Below are positions 40,520 to 49,658 of a DNA stretch of 64,000 nt, in pieces. A program made the translations under genes and the position numbers. Origin of the DNA: a virus; IMG/VR virus record IMGVR_UViG_3300026488_000012, positions 32,001 through 96,000 of that record; one strand, given 5' to 3'. Position 1 is the stretch's first letter. Each line of letters opens with the position of its first letter. The notes below the pieces were generated by a model. The model was not told the DNA's origin. It made no database searches and saw nothing but the letters and a program-made list of their open reading frames with translations.

Positions 40520-41714
40520 CAGTATTTTGCCAGTAGGTAACCCTATAAACCTAATAGAAGCTATGGGTGGAAATAGAAAACTCCCTCCAGGCGTATATAA
40601 AGTAGTTTATGATAGTAACACTAAGAAGCTGGACTTCTACAAGTTACCTTACGATAAATTTAAACTACCGAATAAAATATACGGTAAGTTGCCTAACTAT
40701 GCTAAGCATTTTTGGTATGCTTATAGGAACAGTAAAAATAACTTAGGTGTTATCTTAACTGGTGAGAAAGGAACCGGTAAGACTGAGTTAGCTAAACTTA
40801 TAAGTAACTTGGCTATAGACGATGGTTATCCTGTTATTATGGTGGATGAAGCTGGTAGTTACGATATAGCTAAGTTACACGATTTATTAGAGAATCTAGG
40901 TGATGTAGTTGTCTTCTTCGACGAATTCGGTAAAAATTTTTATATGGGAGATCAGAATAGGTTATTAACCACTTTAACATCAGACAGCGGTGGCAAGAAG
41001 TTATTCTTGATAACTGAGAACAAGTATTACAATTTAAGTCCATTCATAAGGAGTAGACCAGGTAGAGCTAGATATCATCTAGATTTTAAAAAATTAGAGT
41101 CGGATATAGTAAAGGAATATCTAGACGAGCATGTTAGTGATTCTAAATTTAAAGAGGATGTATTAAGAGTATATGAAAAGTCTACGAGATTTACTTTTGA
41201 TTATTTAAAAGCGTTAGTAGAGGAGCATAAGTTGTTCCCAGACATGAAATTTGAAGAGATGAGTAGATATCTTAATATAGACGAAATAAGAACAGAATTC
41301 TACGTTATAATTACAGATGCTTTTAAGGTAGACGATAAAGGTAATAAGAAAGAGGTTTATATGGTGTTACAAAATACCATACCTAAGTTAGAAGACTTCG
41401 AAGAAAGTATGATTCCTATAAGTGTAACGCTTCTTAAAGAAGATAAGAGTAATAACGAAGATGAGAATCCCGCTCTTATACCTGAAACTATGTTACAGAT
41501 AAATGTTAACGATATCATTCAGGAAAAAGATAAGACATTGACTTTTGAAAAAGAATTCAACGGAGTATATTATAGGTTAGTAGGAAAGATTGTTCCTAAG
41601 GAGGAGATGATAGAATTTAGGAAGTTACAATCGCAGTTAAAAAACAGAAAACTGCCAGTAGGACAAGGTATTCAAGCAGCTAATGTAAATCAACAAGTAA
41701 ATCCATTTGTATAA
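40512..41714 (+). CDS. AAA+ ATPase (BCS1/ATAD-like phage family)
   Basis: Walker A GEKGTGKT, Walker B VVFFDEFGK, arginine finger RSRPGR. SD aggaga before ATG 40512. Confidence 0.88.
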   Translation: MYNSILPVGNPINLIEAMGGNRKLPPGVYKVVYDSNTKKLDFYKLPYDKFKLPNKIYGKLPNYAKHFWYAYRNSKNNLGVILTGEKGTGKTELAKLISNLAIDDGYPVIMVDEAGSYDIAKLHDLLENLGDVVVFFDEFGKNFYMGDQNRLLTTLTSDSGGKKLFLITENKYYNLSPFIRSRPGRARYHLDFKKLESDIVKEYLDEHVSDSKFKEDVLRVYEKSTRFTFDYLKALVEEHKLFPDMKFEEMSRYLNIDEIRTEFYVIITDAFKVDDKGNKKEVYMVLQNTIPKLEDFEESMIPISVTLLKEDKSNNEDENPALIPETMLQINVNDIIQEKDKTLTFEKEFNGVYYRLVGKIVPKEEMIEFRKLQSQLKNRKLPVGQGIQAANVNQQVNPFV

Positions 41715-41726
41715 AAGGAGATAAGA

Positions 41727-42161
41727 ATGAAATATATAGATATATTTAAATTAACAGATGATAATGGTTATGTTAGGTTGGATAAGAATATATTAGAAGA
41801 GTTTAAATATACGGATGCTAATAATTCAGATAAGGAAATAGCTGAAGTTGGATTAGATATTAGGTCTTATGAAAGTCCAACGATTTTCGTGAAATATAGC
41901 GACCTTACGACTGTTATGGTTCCGTTATGTAATTTAGTGGACTTCTTGCATAAGAAATTTAAATCTAGAAACAGACATTATGTATATAAGAATACTTTTA
42001 CAAGAAAAGGTAAAGGTACAGTGGGGATTGGTTTTGGGTGTAAAGATGAATATTATACTTATTCCATTATTTCTAATAATCCTGACTTGGCATTTTTGTT
42101 CGCTATACAGTGGTATACTAATAAAATTAGAAAAGTTAGAAAGGAGGATAAGGCTGAATAG
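41727..42161 (+). CDS. Hypothetical protein
   Basis: 144 aa, SD aaggag. Confidence 0.75.
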   Translation: MKYIDIFKLTDDNGYVRLDKNILEEFKYTDANNSDKEIAEVGLDIRSYESPTIFVKYSDLTTVMVPLCNLVDFLHKKFKSRNRHYVYKNTFTRKGKGTVGIGFGCKDEYYTYSIISNNPDLAFLFAIQWYTNKIRKVRKEDKAE

Positions 42162-42177
42162 TCTTATCCTTTTTTTT

Positions 42178-42213
42178 TTAAGTTTGTATACTAATATCTT
42201 ACTAAAATACATT
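42178..42213 (+). promoter_or_regulatory. Putative early (vRNAP) promoter
   Basis: ttaag-N12-tatcttactaaaatacatt. Confidence 0.7.
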
Positions 42214-42234
42214 AAAACAAAAAAAGGAGTGAAT

Positions 42235-42635
42235 ATGAAAAATGAAGAAAGATATGCAATCATTGATAGAGAAGAAAATAAAGTACTTTCAGAAGCGAAC
42301 AAGGTTCAGTATTTAAGCGGTGGTTATCACACATACAAAGAGCTGTATGACTATCGTATGGTATATAGTACTATTGCTTTTAACGCTTTATATTAACAAG
42401 GTTACAATGTGGTGAAGAGTTGGAGGCATGATGATGGCGAACTGTGTTTTGGCGGGAGCGGTTCGTGGTGTACTTGTTACACCCGGAAATCGGACAGATT
42501 TCGAACCATTACCCTACTGAGACATGGGAATTACTTAAGGTCCCTGAGGTTGAGACTGCTCCTAAATGGGACGGACATACGTCTCAAGAAGCATACGAGA
42601 GGTTACTAAAATTAATAGAGCCACAGGGGAAATAA
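42235..42635 (+). pseudogene. Disrupted WDGH-domain phage protein
   Basis: YHTYKELYDYRM...[TAA 42394]...KSWRHDDGELCFGG...[frameshift near 42452]...FVVY...GQISNHY...WELL.VPEVETAPKWDGHT. The family's pieces are collinear across one stop and one frameshift. Confidence 0.75.
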
Positions 42636-42645
42636 CCCTGTAGCT

Positions 42646-42852
42646 CTACTTTTTCTTTTTATTTTTTCTCATGTTTTTAAAAGCTTTAGCTAAAGCTGCT
42701 CTTTTTCTAACAGTTTTACTAGGCGATTTTAAACCTTCATTTATGCAAGCTGTATTTACTTTACTATATCCTTTGCGTTTACAGTAAGCTCTAAACGCTC
42801 CAGGATGTTTAACCGCAGTCTTAACCCAGTTTTTATTTTGTTTCTTAGCCAT
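42646..42852 (-). CDS. Small highly basic protein, probable nucleic-acid binder
   Basis: 68 aa, W...AVKHPGAFR...RKRAALAKAF, K/R-rich, SD aaggag. Confidence 0.75.
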   Translation of the reverse strand: MAKKQNKNWVKTAVKHPGAFRAYCKRKGYSKVNTACINEGLKSPSKTVRKRAALAKAFKNMRKNKKKK

Positions 42853-42885
42853 AACTTACTCCTTAATTAAATATTCATTACAATC

Positions 42886-44109
42886 TTAAGTTTTCTTCAA
42901 TGCTAGACTATATACATAAACGATAAATGCTATAACATCTGCAACTATCATCCATTTTGTTTTTCTACCAGTTGCTTTTACAAATGTTTTAAATAATGTC
43001 TTCTTAATATTATCCATGTCTTTGTTTTTCACCTTACTACTACTCCAGTAGTTCTTAATATTTGTGATAATTAGATATATCTTAGTTTTGTCTAAAGGAT
43101 TTATTCCAAGTCTATTCAGGTACTCATAGTTTAGTATAATTGATTTCTCTAATATTTCTAACATATCCTTGGCTTTAATCAATTCTTCCTCTTCATCGTT
43201 TACTAATTCGTTAAGTGTTTTTAAAAGTAATCCCTCTGGTAAACTATTAAACATTCTCTCTATGAAACTTACTAATGGTTCGTCTATGAAATCTGTTTTA
43301 TTTATATACGTAGTTTTTATTTTCTCTATCATAGGTTTAACTCCAGTAGATACTTCTTTCATATTCCCGTCTTCGTAAAACATACTATCACTTTTTATAT
43401 GGTTAGTCTCTTCTAGGAGACCATACATAATCCTAGCAAGGTTTTTTAATACTGAGCGTATCTTAGTTTGTAGTGTGATGATTATATTAATAGCGTCTTC
43501 TGTAGAATATCTTATTAACCTCTTATAGTATATACCGTTCTTCTCTATAAAGTCGTCTATCCTTTTCTCGAAGAACTGTTCCCAGTTGTCTAACTGTTTT
43601 ATTAAGTATTTATTACTTAACTTCTGTAATGCTGTTATAGCTATTTCCTTACCAAAAGGAAATCTGAACATATGAGTATGGATACTACAGAACATACGGT
43701 ATTCCATTATTAACAAAGGTTCTAGAAGATATTTTCTAAGTTTCTCCTTATTTTTATTTATTTTAGGATCAGTAATCCATACATGCATAGTGTATAATAA
43801 CAAATGGTATATAAAGTTACTAGATACTTTTCTATCAGGGTCTATACCTTTTACTTTTTTAATTTCCTCTACACAGTAGTTTAAGTCTAAGTTATAGATA
43901 TTTTCTACTAACTCTATATCGTCCAAGCTACTGAATCTTACTTTATATACTCCTACTAACTTATCTCCAAAGAACTCTATATGGTCTTGGTTCTTTACCA
44001 TAAATGCTCTTCTGAAATGGTATAACTCTTTCCATAACCTATCGTCAAGCTTTTTATTTTTAAGTAGAATAGAGAAGAACTCTTTTAAGTCTTTATATTT
44101 TTTCTCCAT
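42886..44109 (-). CDS. Conserved phiKZ-like protein (putative virion-associated)
   Basis: KNQDHIEFFGDKLVGVYKVRF and LSNKYLIKQLDNW motifs recalled from phiKZ-like phages, 407 aa. Confidence 0.65.
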   Translation of the reverse strand: MEKKYKDLKEFFSILLKNKKLDDRLWKELYHFRRAFMVKNQDHIEFFGDKLVGVYKVRFSSLDDIELVENIYNLDLNYCVEEIKKVKGIDPDRKVSSNFIYHLLLYTMHVWITDPKINKNKEKLRKYLLEPLLIMEYRMFCSIHTHMFRFPFGKEIAITALQKLSNKYLIKQLDNWEQFFEKRIDDFIEKNGIYYKRLIRYSTEDAINIIITLQTKIRSVLKNLARIMYGLLEETNHIKSDSMFYEDGNMKEVSTGVKPMIEKIKTTYINKTDFIDEPLVSFIERMFNSLPEGLLLKTLNELVNDEEEELIKAKDMLEILEKSIILNYEYLNRLGINPLDKTKIYLIITNIKNYWSSSKVKNKDMDNIKKTLFKTFVKATGRKTKWMIVADVIAFIVYVYSLALKKT

Positions 44110-44194
44110 ATTTTTCCTTTAAAATGTTTTTACTTCAACGGATTTTAAAGATATATCCTTAGTAAGAAACAATACAAAGTAAAAGGAGTTAGAT

Positions 44195-44719
44195 ATGAAC
44201 AGAAGTTTAAGTCTGCCTGAAGTAATTTCACATATTTCGCATAACGGAATATCAAAACTGATGGAGACAGAGAAAACTATTAACATAACAACTGACGAGT
44301 ATTTGATAGTTAACGTTAAAGACGATTATGACGAATATTTAAAATTAAATAACATAAATTACCCTGGTGATACTGATTTTATAGACCTATATGTAGTTTA
44401 TGATTTAAATAAAAATTATTTAGTTATACCAGACATGTCTATGGACTATAAGATATTTAACGAGGTAATAGCTAATAACACCAGACTATATGTCGAATTA
44501 TTGGAGAATATAAGTTCATTACCTCTATATGAAGAATTCCTAGAAGGTATGATAAATGATGACTTTGTGATAGAATTAATTAATAAAGAGACTGAAAAGT
44601 TGTTTAAAGCTACACTAAAGAGCATCAACGAGTATAAATTTAGAATAATCGTAAAGGACGATAAAGATAATACAATAATGAGTCTTTTAAGAGACAGAGT
44701 TAATAAATTACCAAGTTAA
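44195..44719 (+). CDS. Hypothetical protein
   Basis: 174 aa, SD aaggag. Confidence 0.75.
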   Translation: MNRSLSLPEVISHISHNGISKLMETEKTINITTDEYLIVNVKDDYDEYLKLNNINYPGDTDFIDLYVVYDLNKNYLVIPDMSMDYKIFNEVIANNTRLYVELLENISSLPLYEEFLEGMINDDFVIELINKETEKLFKATLKSINEYKFRIIVKDDKDNTIMSLLRDRVNKLPS

Positions 44720-44727
44720 TTTTAATT

Positions 44728-44763
44728 CTAATTTTGATTAGTAGTATATTACTAAGTTGTAAA
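44728..44763 (+). promoter_or_regulatory. Putative early (vRNAP) promoter
   Basis: ctaat-N12-tatattactaagttgtaaa; contains an exact TATATTAC. Confidence 0.7.
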
Positions 44764-44788
44764 AAAATAAAAAAAAAAGGAGTCAAAA

Positions 44789-45634
44789 ATGAAAAGAACC
44801 ATTAATATTGAAAAAGTAGTAACGTGGTTACGTGGTGTATTGGCAGATGTTGATAACGTAGTAGTAGATATGGAGGTTGTGAGTAACGAAAATTATGTAA
44901 ATGTAAAACATCCTACGGGTGAGTTAATCATAGAAGGTGGGATTGTTAATACTAGAATTAACGACATAGATTATGAATTAGAACTTAAAGATGTTGATTA
45001 TTCTAGGATTCTGGATATCATAGTGAGTCCTGGAGTAGATATCTCTAAGGAGATTTTAGGACGAATCGAATATTTAGAGAATATCGGAGAAGATTGTACG
45101 GATTTTGTAGGTTTCTCTAGAGGTGAATATATGGAATTCGTCATATGTGACACGTCTAGGTATATAAAAGGTGTCGTAAAATTCAGAAAAGTGAAAGAAG
45201 GCGTTATAGAGGTTACGGACATACTCAACGATTATAAGTATGTGATTAGAAAATATAGTAACAAACTTGATAAAATAACCTATAGAAATATTAACGTATT
45301 AATACCTAAAGGGTTATATAATAGAATAGAGGAAGTTATAAATAAAGGTATCTGCGATATTAAAGAAGTACTAAGATGGATTAAGACGGTTGTTAATAAT
45401 ATTAACAATGATGAACTGGATATAAAAGATATCGTCGATGTAGAAAACATTGGTACCGACCAACCAGTTCTAAAGATAAAGCACAATGGAACATATTTTA
45501 ATATATCGGATGTTATAGAATTTGGATACGAAGACAAGAATTGTACATTCGAGTTTAACTTACACTCAGCTGAATATATGGAGATAATGGATGTAGCGAA
45601 CGAGCTATATACAAAGTATATTGATCAGAAGTAG
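44789..45634 (+). CDS. Hypothetical early protein with a partial internal repeat, paralog of 39686..40258
   Basis: Early promoter at 44745. INIEKVVTWLRGVL recurs as CDIKEVLRWIKTVV at about residue 190. Confidence 0.8.
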   Translation: MKRTINIEKVVTWLRGVLADVDNVVVDMEVVSNENYVNVKHPTGELIIEGGIVNTRINDIDYELELKDVDYSRILDIIVSPGVDISKEILGRIEYLENIGEDCTDFVGFSRGEYMEFVICDTSRYIKGVVKFRKVKEGVIEVTDILNDYKYVIRKYSNKLDKITYRNINVLIPKGLYNRIEEVINKGICDIKEVLRWIKTVVNNINNDELDIKDIVDVENIGTDQPVLKIKHNGTYFNISDVIEFGYEDKNCTFEFNLHSAEYMEIMDVANELYTKYIDQK

Positions 45635-45636
45635 TA

Positions 45637-45680
45637 GAAGAGGTAGTTAAACTACCTCTTCATTCGTATTTCTTTTTTCC
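45637..45680 (+). terminator. Terminator hairpin
   Basis: gaagaggtagtt / aactacctcttc. Confidence 0.7.
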
Positions 45681-45735
45681 AAGGAGGATTAACAATGTCA
45701 GATATTAATGAGATTAAAAATGAAAGGATTGTAAA

Positions 45736-47541
45736 ATGTCAGAGAGAATTTCAAGAAAGGAGTTACTGGATGTAGCGAAGAGTAACAGTACTGAGTTATT
45801 AATACCAAATAGGACAGTGTATAAATATGTTTTAGAGAAGACTAAGAGTAGAGAGAGAGCTACTATAGTTGGTAATAGATACAAGAACACATATCATTAT
45901 CAGAAGTACTACACCACTCCTTTGTCAGTAATAATGTCTGCTAAGTTTATAAAGAAACTACCTGATATAGATAAAGCTATAGATATCGTAGATAAACATA
46001 TTAACAATAACTCCAGGATATTACAAGTTACTGATTATGACGTCGACGGTATTACTGCTGGAGTTATAGGACATAAGATATTTAAAGGTATATTTAAGTA
46101 TAAGAGATTTAAGGTAATGATTAATAAGAGAGACTGGAAGAACGGGATGAATGAAACCATAATAAATAAGATACTTGAAGAACATAAACGTAAGCCTATA
46201 GGGTTAATTATTACATCTGATCACGGAAGTTCGGATGGAGATAGACTTAAGAGACTAAAAGAGGCTGGTATAGACGTTATAGTAACAGACCATCATATAC
46301 CATCAAATACTAATAGTCCAGAAGGTATAGTAGACGCATTTGTAAATCATAAGAGAAGTGAATCTCTTTATACTTCAGATATAACAGGAGCAGCTGTTTT
46401 ATTCTTTACTTATTACTATTATTATCTAAAAAAGAGAAAAGTAACTAAGGACATGATAGACAAGTTCTATACACTACTTATATATGTAGGATTGACTGTT
46501 ATATCAGATAGTGTAGATTTATCAGAATGGGTTAATAGAAAGATTGTAAAATATATGTTAAATAGACTTAATAGTAATAAAAGCATAGATCCTTTCTGGG
46601 ATGTAGTTAGAGATGAAATATTTTCTACTTGGTTTATAGATCAGGAATTACTATCGTTTAACCTTATTGCCAAATTAAATAGTCCTGGTAGGATACATGA
46701 CCCTACTTTAACTTTTAGACTTATGGTATCTGATAATAAAAAAGAAACAGAAGAACTACTTAGTGAAGTAACTGAGATAAATAATAAAAGAAAAGAGATA
46801 CAGAACGAAGCTATAGATGATTTAGAAATAGAGTATGTTAATAATAACTTAACTATTGCATATAGGGATGGATTATCTGGTATACAGGGTATTATAGCTA
46901 GTAAGCTTATGTTTAGGAACTCTACTCCTATTTCATTTTGTTTCACAGATACAGAGGATGGAGTAGTCGTGGGTTCTGGAAGGTCACTAACAGAGGATTA
47001 TAACTTAGTGGAGATATTAAGAGAACTAAAAAATAAACCATACGTGTTAAATTTCGGAGGACATGCCGGTGCTTGTGGTATAGATATAAAGAAAGATTGT
47101 ATCTATAATTTTATTAAAGATATCAACGACGTAATGGAAAGAAAATATAAAGGTATAAAAACTAAACTAAAAATAGATGATATTATTACTACTGATAAAC
47201 AACTTAATAAAGTATTCTTCGCTAACTTATCAGAAAGTCCATATGGACAAGGATATCCTAAACCTATGTATTTATCTAAATTTAAAGTAGTGTCTAAGCG
47301 ACTTTTTGAAAAACATAAAAATAACTTTCTAGTAGCCACTGTAAGATTAGTTACTAATAACGGATTAGGTCACGCATATAAGCTACTATATAGTCTTAGT
47401 GCGAATGAACTTAATATAATAAATAGAAAAGATTTAGAATATTTGATTATAATATATAGTATAGGTCTTAATAGTTTTAAAAGAAACAATGAACTCAGTA
47501 TAGCTGTAGAAAAGATACTCTCGGTAGAATATACCGAGTAG
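45736..47541 (+). CDS. recJ: RecJ-like single-stranded DNA exonuclease (DHH/DHHA1)
   Basis: TDYDVDGIT, ITSDHG, IVTDHH, TVISDSV, LNSPGRI, GSGRS and FGGHAGACG motifs. Confidence 0.92.
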   Translation: MSERISRKELLDVAKSNSTELLIPNRTVYKYVLEKTKSRERATIVGNRYKNTYHYQKYYTTPLSVIMSAKFIKKLPDIDKAIDIVDKHINNNSRILQVTDYDVDGITAGVIGHKIFKGIFKYKRFKVMINKRDWKNGMNETIINKILEEHKRKPIGLIITSDHGSSDGDRLKRLKEAGIDVIVTDHHIPSNTNSPEGIVDAFVNHKRSESLYTSDITGAAVLFFTYYYYYLKKRKVTKDMIDKFYTLLIYVGLTVISDSVDLSEWVNRKIVKYMLNRLNSNKSIDPFWDVVRDEIFSTWFIDQELLSFNLIAKLNSPGRIHDPTLTFRLMVSDNKKETEELLSEVTEINNKRKEIQNEAIDDLEIEYVNNNLTIAYRDGLSGIQGIIASKLMFRNSTPISFCFTDTEDGVVVGSGRSLTEDYNLVEILRELKNKPYVLNFGGHAGACGIDIKKDCIYNFIKDINDVMERKYKGIKTKLKIDDIITTDKQLNKVFFANLSESPYGQGYPKPMYLSKFKVVSKRLFEKHKNNFLVATVRLVTNNGLGHAYKLLYSLSANELNIINRKDLEYLIIIYSIGLNSFKRNNELSIAVEKILSVEYTE

Positions 47542-47609
47542 TATCTTTTTTATTTTTTACGCTGTAACCTCGGGATAGCTTGATGTTATACCATACCAAG
47601 GAGAATATT

Positions 47610-48497
47610 ATGTATGTTTATGTTACTGATTATATAGTTGCTAGAATTAGTGATAAACAGAATAAAACAGATTCAGAAACAGATACTTCTAAAAAGACTA
47701 ATCATATAGTCTTCAAAGATAAAGAATACTCGTCTATATTAACAAGTAATATTGATAAAGTTACTTATGTTACGCCTAATGAAATTATAAGACACGTGAT
47801 AGGATTAGGTATAAATGAATTCAACGCTATACTTAACAAATATGACATAGTGTTTGATTTTAAAGATGAGATGTTGGATAATAGGGATTATTTAAAGTTA
47901 ATAGTAAAATCTAAATACGAGATGGATTTCACACAGGGATATGATAGCTTAGTTATGTCCATACCGAATACGAGTAAATTACTTATTATAACTCCTTCAT
48001 TAGTTAAACTACTGTATAGTAAATTACACAGTAATCTAGGATTTGAGTTCATAGGAGAGGTTGTAAAATCTCCATATAAGATATTTATGTATACGGTTGA
48101 TATTATGGAAAAAGTACCGATGAAGTATATGGATAACATAGATATTATCTATGATGTTTTTGGTAAATATCAAGAAACATTTAGAAACTTGGATAGAGTT
48201 TTTCAATTAGCTATAAAGGACCTTAAACAACGTAAAATCGATGATAAATTTATGAATGAAGTTAATAATATATATAATATTTATAGAAAAATGATTAGAA
48301 CTACGCCAACTATTTCAGAGTTGATTATAAAAATAGATTTACATACGAACAATTGGAAGTTCAAGAAGAACATTAAAACCGGAAATACTAAGGCTATACT
48401 TATAGACCCATTTGTTTTGTTTATAGAAAATCTAGAGGTTTATTTAGATGTACAGAAAAACTTACATAAAGAGTTAAGAAAAGCTAAGATATTTTAA
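47610..48497 (+). CDS. Protein kinase-like (PKL fold) protein
   Basis: G-loop-like QGYDSLV, catalytic-loop-like IDLHTNN and metal-binding-like LIDPF in canonical order. SD aaggag before ATG 47610. Confidence 0.5.
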   Translation: MYVYVTDYIVARISDKQNKTDSETDTSKKTNHIVFKDKEYSSILTSNIDKVTYVTPNEIIRHVIGLGINEFNAILNKYDIVFDFKDEMLDNRDYLKLIVKSKYEMDFTQGYDSLVMSIPNTSKLLIITPSLVKLLYSKLHSNLGFEFIGEVVKSPYKIFMYTVDIMEKVPMKYMDNIDIIYDVFGKYQETFRNLDRVFQLAIKDLKQRKIDDKFMNEVNNIYNIYRKMIRTTPTISELIIKIDLHTNNWKFKKNIKTGNTKAILIDPFVLFIENLEVYLDVQKNLHKELRKAKIF

Positions 48498-48500
48498 TTT

Positions 48501-48536
48501 CCAAATTTAAACGGATATAACTTATTAATCTGCAAT
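48501..48536 (+). promoter_or_regulatory. Putative early (vRNAP) promoter for phuZ
   Basis: ccaaa-N12-taacttattaatctgcaat. Confidence 0.65.
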
Positions 48537-48563
48537 AAGAAAAATAAAAAAAAAGGAGTCAAA

Positions 48564-49607
48564 ATGGCAAGATTAGAAGGAAAATTAATTATTCATGGCG
48601 TAGGTGGAGCAGGAATTAATATAGCGTCAGATGTGCTAAGAGGGTTAGAAAACTATAACGAAATTTCAGATATAGAAATCTATACTCTAGACAGTACAGA
48701 TAAAACTATCCAAAAACATCCAGAATTAGAAGAAACATTTATGAAAATAACATCCGGTAAAAGAAGCGGCACACAGATAGATGGTGCTGCTGGTGAGAGG
48801 AAAAATACAGAACTGGTAAAGATTTATTCTGAAAATGTTAAAAACTACATGGATGAGTTTGAGTTTACTAAACCGAACACCAACGAATTCCATGTAGTTA
48901 TATTCAGTGGTTCAGGAGGTACTGGTAGTGTAGCAGGACCTTTACTAATTCAAGAGTTGATACAGACAGGTAATATCGTCTATCCTATAGTGATAGGGGA
49001 TGCGTCTAACTTATTATTTATAACAAATACCATTAATACATTATCAACTATAGAAAGAATCGCTACTAAAAATAAAGTAGCAATTCCATTTACTTTTTAC
49101 AATAATACTATAAATGGTGTTACGAATATGCAAACTGAAAAGGAGATTAATAATAGGGTTATTAAGATGCTGTATCTGATAAGCATCGGTATTTCTGGAA
49201 ATATCCAGAATATAGACTTACAAGATATGAGGAATTTTATGCAGCCGTCTCTGTATAAAACTATCAGAGTTCAAAATGGTGCATATGGTCTACACGTAGT
49301 TAGAAAGACTTTGGATGTGGAAGATGCAATTATAGCTAGAACCGTCACTACAGAAGAATTCGATATAGATATCAAATCTGATCTCCTACACAATAAAGTA
49401 GGTATTCTTCTCTCAGAAGAAGCTATCGAAACATTGGGAGACCAATTACCAGTGTATCTGTATCTAAGAACTAATACACTGGTAGACACTGTTGAGGAGT
49501 TAGAAGAGACCTATGAAAAATTAGAAGAGAAGACTAGAAAGAAGAGAAGGTCTCTCAGGTCTAATCTAAACAACGTAGAAGACGATGATACAGGATTGGT
49601 ATTGTAA
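48564..49607 (+). CDS. phuZ: PhuZ tubulin/FtsZ-like protein
   Basis: GVGGAGINI, tubulin signature SGSGGTGSVAGP, NTINTL, DLQDMRNF and an acidic C-terminal tail ending DDTGLVL. Confidence 0.93.
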   Translation: MARLEGKLIIHGVGGAGINIASDVLRGLENYNEISDIEIYTLDSTDKTIQKHPELEETFMKITSGKRSGTQIDGAAGERKNTELVKIYSENVKNYMDEFEFTKPNTNEFHVVIFSGSGGTGSVAGPLLIQELIQTGNIVYPIVIGDASNLLFITNTINTLSTIERIATKNKVAIPFTFYNNTINGVTNMQTEKEINNRVIKMLYLISIGISGNIQNIDLQDMRNFMQPSLYKTIRVQNGAYGLHVVRKTLDVEDAIIARTVTTEEFDIDIKSDLLHNKVGILLSEEAIETLGDQLPVYLYLRTNTLVDTVEELEETYEKLEEKTRKKRRSLRSNLNNVEDDDTGLVL

Positions 49608-49658
49608 TACCAGTCCTTCTTTATTTTTTTTTTGATTAAATTAAAACAAGGAGTGATT

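Noticed and set aside
44153-44172. Possible tenth early promoter before 44195
   Set aside because: Only a partial match (tccttagtaagaaacaat), too degenerate to call.
45695-45775. 26-codon ORF with SD just upstream of and overlapping recJ
   Set aside because: Very short and out of frame with recJ, which has its own SD-like aaagga. It cannot be distinguished from a relic or chance.
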